Positions 1 to 16,300 of a stretch of DNA of 64,000 bases are shown here, piece by piece (position 1 is the stretch's first letter; each line of letters begins with the position of its first letter). The notes beneath the pieces were generated by a model, which had not been told where the DNA came from, searched no databases, and saw only the letters and a list, made by a program, of their open reading frames with translations. This stretch comes from the human T2T-CHM13v2.0 reference genome, Homo sapiens: assembly GCF_009914755.1 (NCBI RefSeq), contig NC_060936.1, one strand, 5' to 3'. Position numbers and translations under genes: made by a program.

Positions 1-125
1 TGGGTAAGTCAGTCACCCTCTCTGAACCTCATTCCTCATTTGCAAAGCAGGACCAGTAATGCCTTCTTCCAGGGTCGTGGTGAGGATTAGAGAGAATATA
101 TTTATGCTGCTTAGCACAATGCCAA
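1..125 (+). mobile_element. MIR SINE fragment
   Basis: tgggtaagtcagtcaccctctctgaacctc...tgaggattag...ttagcacaatgcc resembles the MIR core and 3' end. Confidence 0.7.
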
Positions 126-149
126 CGGCAGTAATAACAAAATTGTATT

Positions 150-320
150 TTGTTGTGCCAGGTACTGGTTAAAACAGACTAGCTCATTTCAACCTCACAG
201 CAACCCAGTAATGTAGGTAGAATTATGACAGATGAAGAAATTCAAGCACAGAGAGGTGAAGTGACTTACCTGGGCTCACTCAGCCAGGAAGCAGTGAACA
301 GAGATTCAGAATCTGCATTG
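150..320 (-). mobile_element. MIR SINE fragment
   Basis: acagatgaagaaattcaagcacagagaggtgaagtgacttacc is the reverse MIR core. Confidence 0.7.
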
Positions 321-997
321 TATCCACTATGCCATGCATTAAATAGCTGGAGTCTATGCCTCTTCTGGCGTTACATTTTTGCCTCCTAGTATTCTTTGTA
401 ATTGCCAGTCCACACTTCTCATCTCCTTTCCTCTTTTTCTTATTAGGCGAGAGGCATCTTAACTCAGCTATCTTTGTGAGGGTATTAGAAAAACTGCCTA
501 CAATTCTATATAGCTACCAGCAGGGGACGCCAAAGGATCGTGGATAAGCCCGTGCGGAGCCTTAGAAGCAAGGCGAAAAATCCTTAGGAGGCTGAATTAG
601 GAGAGCTGGGACTTTGACAACAGCGAGAGACATGTGCCCAAGCTGGCCTGGTACACAATGGATGGAGCTTATTCCTGATTTTGCCCCTGTGGGGAGACAG
701 AATTCGGCCTTTTTACTGGAAGAACCCTGCTCAACAGAGCGCCCAGCTGTAGTTGGTCAATAAATATTTCTGCATAAATAAATATATAGATTTGAACCAG
801 GAGGAAGTTAAGGCAGAGGCGCCTCAATACAGACAGCAAGAAGGAGCTGTCTGGCTGGGCAGGGAAACTGAGCTCATGAGGGTCCCATGCAAGGAAGAGG
901 CCACTGAGGTTTTGCAGCTACTTCTATGAAGGTGGGGCCAGGATAAGGAAATGCCAAGAGGTCATAGGGCACCAGGAACCTGCAACAGTGGGAGTCA

Positions 998-1770
<773 letters not shown>

Positions 1771-1779
1771 TGCAGGGAG

Positions 1780-2020
1780 AGGGAGTGAGGTTACTGGGCT
1801 ACTTAGAGAGGACCTGCAGAAAGAGAGACGCAGCCACCAGCAGAGCCCTGGCTGGGCCTGGGGGGACTCTAACTGCCTCTTCTTACCCCTCCTGCTGCAA
1901 TCACCTGTTGGCGCCTCCCATGGGCTGACCCCAGCCAGAAGGTGAAGGACAGGTAAGGGAGCCATGGGTGATGCAGTCCATCGGGCCAGCCTCCAGGGCA
2001 CAGAACTGGTGGTTGAGGGG
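1780..2020 (-). mobile_element. ERVL LTR33-like fragment
   Basis: ctcccatgggctgaccccagccagaagg...gatgcagtccat...cctccagggcacaga resembles LTR33; similar to 3590-4030. Confidence 0.45.
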
Positions 2021-2459
2021 GACACATGGCTCATAACCAGTGCACCTGCTCTGTGCCCAGCATGCATGTGTGTACCCAGCCAAGATCTCCATTCCCCAGG
2101 ACAGCTCCAGATTTGGGTGGATTTTCCTGTCTTCAACAACAGCAACTTATGTACATTGCAATGTGCCTTAGCTTTGGTGCTTTGGAAACACTTTCTTGAA
2201 AACACCTTGACTGATTAGGAAAAAAAGAGTTATCCGTTTGATTGCAAATGGCTTAATTTTGAGCTTGGGAAAATGGGGTGACTGGATAAATGTGAGTCAG
2301 GAGTCCTACCCTCAAAGAACCTCAAACCTAACTGTATTTCATATATTCCCAAGAAGGGGACACCCAACAGTAACAGGCAGTACTTGAACTGGTGGGATTC
2401 AGGCTGAGTGGATGTAATCCGGAAGAGCCCCCAAATCCCAGGTTCATGGAGTGGATGAA

Positions 2460-2700
2460 AGCATGCATTTTGGAGTCATCTGCCTGGGTTTGTAATCCCA
2501 GCTCTGCCTCTTAAGAGCTGTGTCACCTTGGGCAAGACACTTAACCTCTCTGTGCCTCATTTTTCTTACCTGCAAAATGGGGATAGCGATGATAGTGGTT
2601 CCCACATAGGTGTGCTGTGATGATTAAACGTGTTAATAAGCAGACAGCGCATCACACAGTGCCTGGCTGTGGTGAGCACTCCTAAGCACTTGTTCTTATC
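2460..2700 (+). mobile_element. MIR SINE
   Basis: gctgtgtcaccttgggcaagacacttaacctctctgtgcctc...tgcaaaatgggg. Confidence 0.8.
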
Positions 2701-2717
2701 CTCACTTAAATAAATAA

Positions 2718-2997
<280 letters not shown>

Positions 2998-3589
2998 TCA
3001 GCAACAGCTGCTAATTGCTTAGGGCTTGCTATGCACTATGAATTATTGTAATGAAATCCCTACCACCAGCCTCCAAGGTGGGTTCTACTCTTCCTCCTAT
3101 TTTCCATGCTGAGGAGGCTGAGGTCAGGGACTTGTCCTATGTCACACAGTGAGAGGCAGAGCTGGACTCAAGTCTCTCTGGCTGCAAAATTTGTCTTCTT
3201 AACTATTACTCCTCGTTGCCTCTAACATGGTGCAGAGATATTTCAGGAAACAGATGACTTAAGGAAGAGTGTCACAGAGACTTCCCAGCACAGAGCTGTG
3301 CCTGAGGTCTTGCAGCTTCCCGGTCTAGAAAGATCCCTTCTTGCAAATCCTAGTACACTTTGAACTCAGTGGCACAAAGTGGCTTGGGTCATTGGAGGAA
3401 CTGAGTGACCTGAATCCATCCTGGTTCCTGAACCACTGGAGGAACCACTGAAGCACCAACTGCCTGGCCATGCCCAGTAGAGCCCGAAAGAAATAGCACG
3501 TCCTGAGCTTATAAGATGGGGATGCTTAGTGCAGCATCTGAAAAATTAAAAGTCAGTGTAGTCAGAAAATGGTTCGCGAGGGCAATGCC

Positions 3590-4030
3590 CCTTGTATCAG
3601 CCTGGCTCTGGCCTCAATTCAAATTGAGGAAATTGAGGAGAGTTTGATGAAGGGGAAAGTTTACCAATATGTGTGCAGGGTGTGGGAGAGCACGGTGCTC
3701 AGGGCTACTCACAGCAAGGAGCAGGACGTGTCTAGTACTGAAGAGGGAGGGGAGGGCATGGCCTCTGGACCCATCAAAAGGGATGCAGGCTGTGTCTGAT
3801 GGGAGCTGGGGCCTGTCAGGCATGTGATCAGCCCAAGGCAACCCTGCAGGGACGCACTGGTGGAATAAATGTTCCAGCCCAACATGCTTCCCTCCCTGCA
3901 ATCTCATTTTGGGGATCCCCTTTGGCCAAACCAAACTGGAAGCCAGAGGGCACAGTGGAACCTGCAGGATCCATTCCAGGCCATCTCCCACAGCACTGAG
4001 CAGCATGGAGAAGGTGGGCGTAGAGAAGGG
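3590..4030 (-). mobile_element. ERVL LTR33-like element
   Basis: ttgaggagagtttgatgaagggg...cccctttggccaaaccaaactggaagccagagggca. Confidence 0.45.
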
Positions 4031-4409
4031 CAGACAGCAAACAAGCCTGCTGGAAGTTTCTCATCACCTCCCCTTCTCCCTGGGGGGATGTGCAGGTGGG
4101 ACTCAGGATCCCTGGGCTCCCTCTTGAGGGTTAAGTCCTTGACCCTTGGGACAAGGAGGAGAAAACCAACAACCTGTTGCAATGTCAAGCCTGAGGATTA
4201 AGTTTCTGAGCATCTTGGAGAGATGATTTAGTGAAGTGAGGTTGGGGAAGTTGCTTGACTTCTCAGCAACGTCAGAACCCAGGACCCTTGCATAAGTGTC
4301 TCCTGAAATCCTCCAGAAAAGCCTGCCTTCTTCACTCCCTCAGGGAACTTGCCCTCCTGACCCAGTGGAATCAGCGAGGCTTAGGAGAGGACCGTTTCGC
4401 TTTGTCACT

Positions 4410-4650
4410 TAATATCTGGGTTCAAAATTCAGCAGCTAAACTTGGAAGCTGTGTGGCCTTAGGGTAATTACTTAACCTCTCTGAGCTGGTGTCATGAAGA
4501 CAAACCTCTAGACTAAAACCTGGGTTCCAAGCTCATCTCAGCCATTAGAAGTAGAGGTAGAGTGACTTCCCCAGCTGTGTGACCTTGGGAAGTCACTCTA
4601 CCTCTCTGAGCCTCGGTTTTCTCATCTACAAAATAGAGTACCTATCTTGA
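4410..4650 (+). mobile_element. Two tandem MIR fragments
   Basis: Two copies of agctgtgtg(g/a)cctt...aacctctctgagc. Confidence 0.7.
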
Positions 4651-4655
4651 CTATT

Positions 4656-5092
4656 TGTTATGAATTGAATTATGTTTCTCCAAAAGAGATGTTGAAGTCC
4701 TAATTCCCGTGTGTGACCTTAGTTGGAAATAGGGTCTTTATAGATGTAATCAAATTAAGATGAGGTCTACTGGAGTAGGGTGGGCCCTACTCCAACATGA
4801 CCAATGTCCTTATAAGAAGAGAACAGAGACAGACACACTGGGAGGACACCAAGTGACAATGGAAGCCCAGCCTGGAGTGATGCATCTATAAGACAGAGAA
4901 TGCCAAGACTTGCCAACAACACCAGAAACTAAAGAAAAGGCACGGACTCCCCCCAGAGCCCGCAGAGGGAGCAGAGCCCTGCCGACACCTTGACTCTGAA
5001 CTTCTGGCCTCCAGAACTCTGCATGAATGAATTCTGTTGTTTTAAGGAAAGCAGACTGTGATAATTTGTTACAGCAGCTCTAGAAAGTGAAC
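4656..5092 (+). mobile_element. MLT1B/C MaLR LTR
   Basis: tgttatgaattgaattatgt...ggaaatagggtcttt...gatgtaatcaaattaagatgaggtc...tttgttacagcagctctagaaa. Confidence 0.8.
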
Positions 5093-5099
5093 ACATTAT

Positions 5100-5510
5100 T
5101 TTTCTAGGTACTAAGGTTGCATAACAAATTATCCCAGACCTGATGGTATAGTACATCCATTCATTATGCTCATGGATTCACATGGGTTAGAATTCAGATG
5201 GGACACAGGTGGGCTGGCTTGTCTGGGGCCTCAGAGGCCTCTTCTTGTAAGTTCTTAGCCTAGGCTTGTTTCAGCTTCCTCACAGCATGGTGGCTGGCCT
5301 CCAAGGTGGCTTTCCGTGGGAGCAAGAGAGACAAGCAGAAACTGTATATAGTTTTAAAATATAGCCTCTAAAGTCATGGAGCATCACTTCTGCTATACCC
5401 TGTTGGGCAGAGCAGTCACGGCCCCAAATGGATTTAAGGGTGGGGACACAGACCCGGCCACTTGCTGGGGTGGGATTTGGGGAGTGTCAGCTGCATTGTG
5501 AGAAAAAACA
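5100..5510 (-). mobile_element. Old MLT1 LTR
   Basis: gttgcataacaaattatccca...cttcctcacagcatggtggctgg...gcatcacttctgctata. Confidence 0.6.
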
Positions 5511-5884
5511 TGTAGGATGGGAGCTGTGTATGGGATCCTGCATCCTAGGTGTGGGTGTGAGAATTAAACAAGCTCCTGTTCAGCAGAGCATTTTGGAAGC
5601 TGGGAAACACTAGATTCCCCTGCTTGTCAATGGAGGTTGTGCTTATCTGTTAGTTACAGTGGAGAGGAGGTGAATGCTAGGCGAGGGATGGATGGTCATC
5701 TCAAAGTTGATGCACAGCTCAGTAAGATTTTCCTGTCGGCTTAATAGTTATAAAAAGTGCCATTTTTCTTTGGGGGAAAGGTGCATATTCATGACCATTT
5801 TCCACCCTTGGTTAGGCAGAAGGGTTTATTTTGTGCTTCTATGAACTTGAAGGCAAATTCAATTCAACCCAAATGGGAGGGGGT

Positions 5885-6172
5885 CCAGGCCTGGTGGCTC
5901 ATGCCTGCAATCCCAGCACTTTGGTAGGCTGAGGCAGGAGGATCACTTGAGTCCAAAAGTTCAAACCAGCCTGGGCAACATAGCAAGACCCCCTTTCCAC
6001 AAAAAATACAAAAAATTAGCCGGGCATGGTTGTGCGTGCTTGTCGTCCTAGCTACTCAGGAGGCTGAGGTGGGAGTTTGAAACTGCAGTGAGCTGTGATC
6101 GCGTCACCGCACTCCTGGGTAACAGAGTGAGACCTTGTCCCAAAAAAAAAAAAAAAAACAAAACAAAACAAA
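5885..6172 (+). mobile_element. Alu (AluJ-like)
   Basis: Alu consensus with A/CAAAA tail. Confidence 0.93.
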
Positions 6173-6215
6173 TGGAAGGGGGACTCAAATGCTTCCCAAA
6201 AAGGGAAGAGCAGGC

Positions 6216-6345
6216 TTGTATGGACTGAATTGTGTCCTCCCATCCCAATTCATATGTTGAAGTTGTAACCTCTTATGAAACTGTATTTGAGATAGATAGG
6301 GCCTTTAAGGAGGTAATGAAGGTTAAATGAGGTCATAAGGTGACA
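6216..6345 (+). mobile_element. MLT1A-like LTR 5' fragment
   Basis: tgtatggactgaattgtgtcc...aattcatatgttgaag...gggcctttaaggaggtaatgaaggttaaatgaggtcataagg. Confidence 0.65.
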
Positions 6346-7001
6346 AAATAAGACCTTGGGGCAACCCCAAAAGGGGATTTTGAATGATATCTTGGGATCA
6401 GAGGGCAAGGCTGGGCCAAGGTGCTGAGATTAATGTAAGGATGGGGTGAGGGCTGGGGTGGGAGCTCTAAGACCTGTCTTTCTCAAAGGGGATGTGGCCT
6501 CCTCTTTGGTAATTATGGCATAAAACTCTCTTCACCAATACCCACCACCAGTGCTGGGCAGATGCCTCCTAAGCTAAGATCTGCATTGCCTGGGTTCCCC
6601 TTCTGCTCCACGTGGCCGTGTGACTTAAAATGATGAAGAAGGTAATATTGAGTTTGTACAATGTGCTGAGTACTGCTGTAAGCACTTAAAAGTGACTGCC
6701 TTAGTTAATTTTCATACTAATCTCCCTATTAGGGAGATACTGTTATGATTTCTATTTTATAAATGAGAAGACCAAGGCTCAGAAAGGGGAAGTAACTTAC
6801 CTAAGGTCATAAAGCCAGACAGTAGGGGTATAATCTGTCACATTTTAATTCCAGTGTTACATTGTAATTTGTACAGGTTACACTGTAACATTATGATTAC
6901 AATGTTAGGCTGCCTTTCTCACAAGCAGAGCCAAAGTATTTGTTCATTCAAATGTTTAAGTTCCTACCTTATCCCGAGGCATTTTATTAATACACGCGTG
7001 A

Positions 7002-7397
<396 letters not shown>

Positions 7398-8143
7398 TGA
7401 CTTGCCCAAGGTCACACATCTGAAAAGTGGCAGACCTAGGATTTGAATCCAGGGCTCTCTGGTTTGGCTTTTCTGTCCGTTCTGCCACCAAGTGCAGACT
7501 TGCTGGGGAGGGGGCTGGGGGATGAAGTGCCAAGCCCAGAGGGCATGAGAACCACAAGACCAGCCTGCCTTTCCAGGCTCTCTCTGCCCCTGGGACTCTG
7601 CCTCACTCACACATACACAGCTGCCAGGGATCAAAGTCCTCTCCAAGATGTATTTGCTGTGAGTTCTAAACAAATGAGTGTTACCATGTAGTTAAAAGAA
7701 ACATTGGGAGGACACAGTGTATGAAAGCTGACTGGCCTTTAAAGTCCTATTGATTGATCAGCTTCCTCTTTGGTCTCATGCTCTTAGGGGGTCAGGGTGG
7801 AAGGGTGGGGAGACTCCGGCTCTGAGAGCATCGAGGCAGAGCTTTTCAGTACTTAGGTGGCACCTCCAGACTGCCCAATTCATCTCTGCTTCCCTCCTGG
7901 AGAGAACTCCCTTTTCAGTCTATAAATCCGTAAGACTGACACACACAAAATAATAATAAACAACTACCATTTATTGAATGAGCATGTTAATTACACTAAG
8001 CACTTTGGATACATTATCCCTTTTGAGGCAAACTGCAAGGCAGATGTCTTTATTGGCCCATTTTACAGATAAGGCTAAGAGCACAGAGCTAGTAAGCAGT
8101 GAGATTGGATGCCAGTTGGCACTGAGAAAATATTGATTGATCT

Positions 8144-8577
<434 letters not shown>

Positions 8578-9648
8578 TCAGATGGAGACAGGTGGGAAAT
8601 AGAATTTTGTGATTCAGTGTGATGAGGGCTAAGGCTAAGCAGGGCTGATGTTCAGCTGCTGCACAGCAAGGTGGGTCAGACCAGTTTTTTTATTGCAAAT
8701 GTCTCGTCTGATTGGGTCAGAGTTGATGGTGATGGGTTATTACTGCAGCTTACCAGGTGTTAGATATTTTGATTGTCACTTTTGGCAGTTTATGTGAGAG
8801 CCTGAAGGCCACAGAGGAGGCTCTCACCTGCCCAGTTTGGGCGGTGAAGACAAACCAAGAGAAAGTGGAAAGAGGGGACCCTAGTTGAGGCTGGAAGGAG
8901 AATGAGAGCGGCGATAAAGGAAGAGAGAAGGTTCCAGGGAGGAAGAACAACCTGTGAGCACAGAGCAGGGATGAGGGAGGACTTGGCATTTGAGATCCTG
9001 GAATGTCTGCATGGTGGGATCACGCAGGACAAAGGAGGAACCATGAGAAACCAAACAGGAGACATTCACGTTGCTCTAATCCTCTTGGATCTTGGCCTTG
9101 CTAAGGAGTTGGGACATTCACCAAAGAGCTTTGGATTGCCACATCAAGATTTTGGGCAGGGGAATGAAATGGTAGATCTAACTTCAACCCCCTTGGCTGT
9201 ACACAGTTCCCAGGACTGCTAGACGTCACTGCTTGGGGACTGAAGGCAGATGCTGCATCTAGTGAGAGAAGAACAATTAGGGCATCTGTTTGTTCTGGCC
9301 TTTCTGCGTCTCAGTTTGCACACCTGTTAAAACCAATATATAATACCACTTGATAATATAACGGTGGTTGTGCAGGTTGGAAATAATGTATGCAAAGTGC
9401 CTGGCACAGATCACTCTTGAAAAAGGCAGGTGGCTTTGTCTCAGGTCCGGTAAGAGTTTGTGGCTTTGGAGTTTCTGATGGTGGGAATTCAAGCCCATCC
9501 AGAACACCATAAATTTTTATTTTGCCTATGGGAATTGGAAACTGGAGTGAGAGAGGGTAGATGGTGTTTGCTACTTGCCAATCAGGTTGCAGGTGCTGGG
9601 GGTTCCTTGTATATTCCAGCATTTTTTTCAGCCTTATATCATGCCCGC

Positions 9649-9698
<50 letters not shown>

Positions 9699-9790
9699 CT
9701 GTCTATCTATCTATCATGTATCTATCAATCATCAATCTATCAATCATCTATGTATGTATCATCTATCAATGTATCTCATCTCTCTCATCA
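9649..9790 (+). repeat. (TATC)n tetranucleotide microsatellite with degenerate tail
   Basis: Directly visible: pure run 9649-9698, then TCTG/TCAA/TATG variants. Confidence 0.95.
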
Positions 9791-11419
9791 TGCCTTTTAG
9801 AAAATTGTTATCAAAGCATATATACCATTTTATATTTTGCTTAAATTTTATAATTTTTTAAATAAAAATAACATATATTAATTCTGCAAAACAGAGATGA
9901 GCCTGTTTCTGGAATCCAGTGAACATTTAATACATCTTAGGTGTTATTATTTCAAAACATGCTCATAAATTTTGTTGAATTGATGAATGAAGAAAAAAAA
10001 GCAAAGGGAAGTGCCTTCTCCCTACCCATATGTGGCCAGCCACTGAATATTCTGGCGTATGCACTTCCAGTGTTTTTTTTTTTTCCTTTTTCTCGGTTCT
10101 TATAACTGTATTTTAAAAAGTAAAATGTCACAAGGCTATCTCCTACATGCTGTTTCATGCTTTTTTTATTTAATTAACTGTAAACAGAAAATTCAGCTCT
10201 TGAGAAACCTGGTAGAAAAGATGGCTGGAGCCAGTGCTTTGAGTCAGATGGGTATTATTGTCATGGGTAGAGCTACTGGCAGCCTCTTCCTTCATCTCTG
10301 AGATTTTGTTTCTTAACTCATTTTGAGGCTAGGGCCCTGAATCTAGCTCCAGCCTTTTCAAAGTTAAGCATCAGTTTCTCTGCTCAGCATTGGTGGACCC
10401 TGGTCCTTCTGAGACCTTGCAGTGACAAGAGTAGGTCCCCAAGCCCAGCTGGCTCCCCCCTGACCCAGCCTATCCCTGCACAGTGGCCCAGTGTGTCTCC
10501 ATTGTCACGTGGCTGTTCCTCCACCCTCCCGCCCTCCCACCTCTCTCTTATGTGCATCCATAATCATGTGCTTTGGGGAGGGACTGGGTAACAGCTGCCT
10601 TTGATCAGCCCAACATCTGGGCTGACGGGTGATCAAAGATGGGAACGCTGTGACAGCCGAGACTTGGCTGGGACCCAGCCTGGCTAAATACACATATGGG
10701 GGAGGGAAAGGATAGGCCTGGGAGTAGAGAGGAAGAGGGATGGGGGCGGGGGAAGGTCGCAGAAGCAACCCACCAAACCCAAGGGACCTGGTGGAAGGGC
10801 AGTGGGTAGAAGCATGAGCTTTGCCTCTGTGACCTTAACTCTCTGAGCCTCAGTTTTCTTTCCTGTAAAATGGGACAATAATGTGAGGACAAAATGAGGT
10901 AAGGAATAGAACAGTGCCTGGTTCCAGGAGCAAGAGCTCATATACACCACCTGTTATTGCTGTGCTGGGATTATTGCTGTTCTTATTCCTGGGACCAGTC
11001 AGGGAGGGAATGAGAGAGTCTGGTCTTTCCGAAAGCTTTAGTGCCTGCAAGTTTGTAATGAACCATTTCGAGCCTCAATTTTCCCATGTGTAAAACGGAG
11101 AGCCATGACAGGACTTTGGAATTTGACAGGGACAATTTCTTTCCATTTTACCAGTGGAGAAACTGAGGTCTTGAGATGAGAGGTCATGCAATGAGGAACC
11201 AGCCCACTGTATTCCCACCTGGGAGTTGTCCCAAATTGGCTGGTTGGGCTCCTGCTCAGGAGTGCTACCAATAAAAAGGAGCCCAAAGCAATGTCACTGG
11301 GCATTTTATATAAGTCAAAAATGTATCCACTTTCTCCTACAGCTTGGAGTTTAATAACATCACCACCACCGGCAGCAGCAGGTTATTTTATTTTTTGCTT
11401 TAGACTTCTCATTAAAATA

Positions 11420-11610
11420 TATGATATATACACAAGAGTGCACTTATCAGCACATTTGACTTATCAATAACTGTACCCACCCACTGGAACCAGCAGCTGA
11501 GTAGAGAAGCAGAGCATTCCCAGCCCCCATGGAAACCCCTCTTGTACACCCTTCTAGTCACTGTCCCCTCCACTAAGAACCAGCTGAGATAGGCACTGAC
11601 CTTCATAAAT
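11420..11610 (-). mobile_element. Ancient L1 (L1ME-like) 3' fragment
   Basis: agcattcccagcccccatggaaacccctcttgtacacccttctagtcac resembles old L1 3' UTRs. Confidence 0.45.
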
Positions 11611-11939
11611 CTTGCCACCACACTATGAGGCTAGTGCTATTATCAGGCCCATTTTACAGATGAGAAAATGGAGGCATAAAGAGTCTAAGTAACTTGTCCA
11701 CACATTGGTAGGCAGGGCTTCAAAGCTCCAAGTCCTGGCTGCAGGGCTGTAAGCACTTGCTGCTTTAGGGATACTGCTCTTCCGGGGATGATCACTTGCA
11801 GGGATGGCACTCTTGGGAGTGGGTCAGGAGGGAGAATGTGTTTTGTATTTTGGGAGGAGGGAGTATTAGGAAAGCAAGCTTACAAATAATAGCTGTGTAA
11901 TGCCTCAGGGCTTCTTTTTGTATATGCAAGTTGTATATG

Positions 11940-12330
11940 CAAAGTTGCCCCCAAATGCCAGGGAAGCCAGGAAACCAAGAAGGAAACAGACACATCCAAT
12001 TTGTTGGTATAGGGGGTTTAATTAGGGGAAATTACAGGCAGAAGCATGGTCTTGGGTGGCCGCAAGACCGTGGTCTTAGGTTTCTGCACTATTACTCCCT
12101 AGACCCAGGGCTTACCTACCATAGGGAGAGGGGTACATGCTCCAGCAAGACAACTAAAGGCCATGACGCGATGTATGTCATGTCCTGCCATATATATGAT
12201 AACATTAGGGTTGATGTGTTCTTATGCTAGGGACATATAGCAGAAACTGGAGGGAGTTCATGGGACTGGGGCTGATCAGAAGTCAGCCTGGAGGACTAGC
12301 ACTCAACCCAGAGTCTATTCTGTCTTTGCA
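11940..12330 (-). mobile_element. Probable ERV LTR (family not assigned)
   Basis: Reverse-LTR-like: tttaatt (poly(A) signal region) followed by cccagggcttacctaccataggg (TATA-like region). Confidence 0.35.
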
Positions 12331-12585
12331 AGTGGCCAGCAGCTTACTCTCAGGAGCAGGAAAGATGTGGCCGCTCCTGCCCCTGCCTGCCTCTGTCTCC
12401 TCCCACCCCCTCAATTCTCTCCTCCAAAAGCTTTGTCTGTCCACATAGGGGATGTGCTGTTGACACCAGGGAGAAGCCCACTTCTCCTTCCTCTGTGATC
12501 TGGCATGCAGAATGTCTCAGCCTGGGCCTGAAAGCAGAGCTTGAGGCAAAGGTTCATGTGCAGGCAGTTTTCTTGGGAAGTGACC

Positions 12586-13256
<671 letters not shown>

Positions 13257-13920
13257 TGATCCCAGGGAGAAGGAAAAAGGGACAACGTAGGAAGGAGAGG
13301 ACTTGGCCACCACTACAGGCAACTGGTGCATATTTTGCAGGATCTATGAAGCCTTCTGAGAGGCATCTCAGAAGTGTCTGCCCAGGGCAGGAGGGAGAGA
13401 AGAAGTTATCCATGGGCTCCCTTCCCCCCTTGGTCAAGGCAGTCCTGTGGCTTTTAACTCATCCAGCTTTTAGGTTGTGTGATAATGTGGTCTTTGCTTT
13501 ACTGAGGGTATCCACAAGCTCCTGCACCAAGCCGGTGGCAGCTGACCTGCAGCTGCTTGCCCCATCAGCGGTAGGGGTAAGGGATGGGCCTGAGTAAACA
13601 GAAAGAGGTGCATGAAAGGAGGTGGAGACACTGGATGCCACTAGGGAGGCTTCTCAGAGCCCATGGGCTGAGGCTGGCTCATTCTCCCCATAGTCAACCA
13701 GTCCCCTCCACTCTCAGGGGTCCTTCCTCCCTCCCACCCCCTACTCAGATGAACACTCTTCTTCCGTCCTTTGCCCCAGCACCATCCCTGACAACTCAAG
13801 ATATTGGCCTATCCGACTTTAAGACGCTCTGTTATGGGCCAAACTGTGTTTCCCAAATATTCACATGTTGATGTCCTGACCCCCAGTATCTCAAAATGTC
13901 ACCTTATTTAGAAATAGGTA

Positions 13921-14414
<494 letters not shown>

Positions 14415-14599
14415 CTACAAGCCAAGGAATGCCAAAGATGCCAGCAATTATCAGAAGCCAGAGAGAGGCATGGGCCAGGTTCACCCACAGAGCCCTCAGA
14501 AGAGACTGATTGTGCCAACCTGGGTCTTGGACTTCTGTTCTTCCTGAACTGTAAGACAGTAAATTTATTGTTTATCTGGCATGAGCCACCCAATCTGTG

Positions 14600-14910
14600 G
14601 TTTTGTTTGTTTTGTTTGAGATCGGGTCTCGCTCTTTTGCTCAGGATGGAGTGCAGTGGCGCGATCACTGCTCACTGCAGCTTCGAACTCCTGGGCTCAA
14701 GTGATCCTTCTACCTCTGCTTTCCAAGTAGGTGGGACTACATTGCACAGCTTCTGCCTGCCTAATTTTTAAGTTTTTTTTTTTTTTCCTTTTGTAGAGAC
14801 AGGGTATTGCTATGTTGCCCAGGCTGGTCTTGAACTTCTGGGCTCAAGTGATCCTCCCACCTTGGCCTCCCAAAGTGTGGGATTACAGGCTTGAACCACC
14901 ATACTCAGCT
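14600..14910 (-). mobile_element. Alu (AluJ-like)
   Basis: Reverse Alu consensus. Confidence 0.93.
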
Positions 14911-14934
14911 CTTCAATCTGTGTGTGTGTGTTTG

Positions 14935-15300
<366 letters not shown>

Positions 15301-15939
15301 TAGAAAATTCAATTCTACCAAAGAGAGGAACTTTTATCTTGGATTTATTTTGGGTCATGAGCCACCTGGATAATCAAATGAAACAATGGATCCTCTCTAC
15401 AAAGAACTCATACGCACATCGAATTTTGAAGACAACTTTCAGAAGCTCTCCAATATCCTCAAGCCTATTGGTGGCTTCATGGGGGAGTGAAGAAACATCT
15501 CTGGGCTGACCAAGTCAAGTAGGTTTGATATACAGATGTTCTTTTGTTATGAGCTACCTTTGTAGAAGCATAAATTGTGAGCAGGGAGAGAAATCTATAA
15601 CTTTCACAATAAGAAGAGCAGGGTGGCAGAAACTGTTAGCAGGGATTTAGTATAAATAAATGCCCAGTGAGGTCATATCACAGATGCTGACTTATAATAG
15701 GGAGCTTTCTGCGGGCTCTTGAGAAGGAGAGACATACCCAGGAAGAGGAGCCACTACTTTGTACACCAACGGAAGTCCCACAAGTTTAATTCATTTTAAT
15801 CTGATCGCCCAGCTGTCTAGCAGATTTGCATTGTTGATGTCCCACTCAGATTCTCTTTCTTTTACTGTTTCTGTGCAAATATTCTCTGGCTTCTAGGAGC
15901 TCTGGCTTCTTGTGGTTGCGACTGTGGCTCTCTCTGGAG

Positions 15940-16300
15940 GCCTGCTTTTAGGCTACCAACTGCTCTGCCTGCAAGCCCAGAGGGCTGATGGCATCAGGAG
16001 GGAGTGCAGCTCTGGGGTGACCCCTAGCTGAAGACTGACCGGTGTAGGAGCATGAAAACCCAACTTCTCTGCCTTGAGTGAGTGGGGACGCACTCAGAGC
16101 ATAATTTATGCTGAGAGCTCCCCAGCAGGCTCAGCTAGTGCTGAGGCTTTGCTGAAATCTCACGCTGGCTTGGCTTCTTCCCTTCCCCACTTTTGCTCCC
16201 CCCATCGCCTGTTGGTTTCTCTTGGAGCACGTCCTTAATAAATCACTTGTGCAAGACTCCTCGGGTCTGTTCCTGCCTCTGCAAACCTGACATAAGACAC
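15940..16300 (+). mobile_element. LTR16-type ERVL LTR
   Basis: ttggcttcttcccttcccc...ccttaataaatcacttgtgcaag...ctgacataagaca. Confidence 0.6.

Noticed and set aside
9460-9861. ORFs with YLSI repeats
   Set aside because: Translations of the (TATC)n microsatellite.
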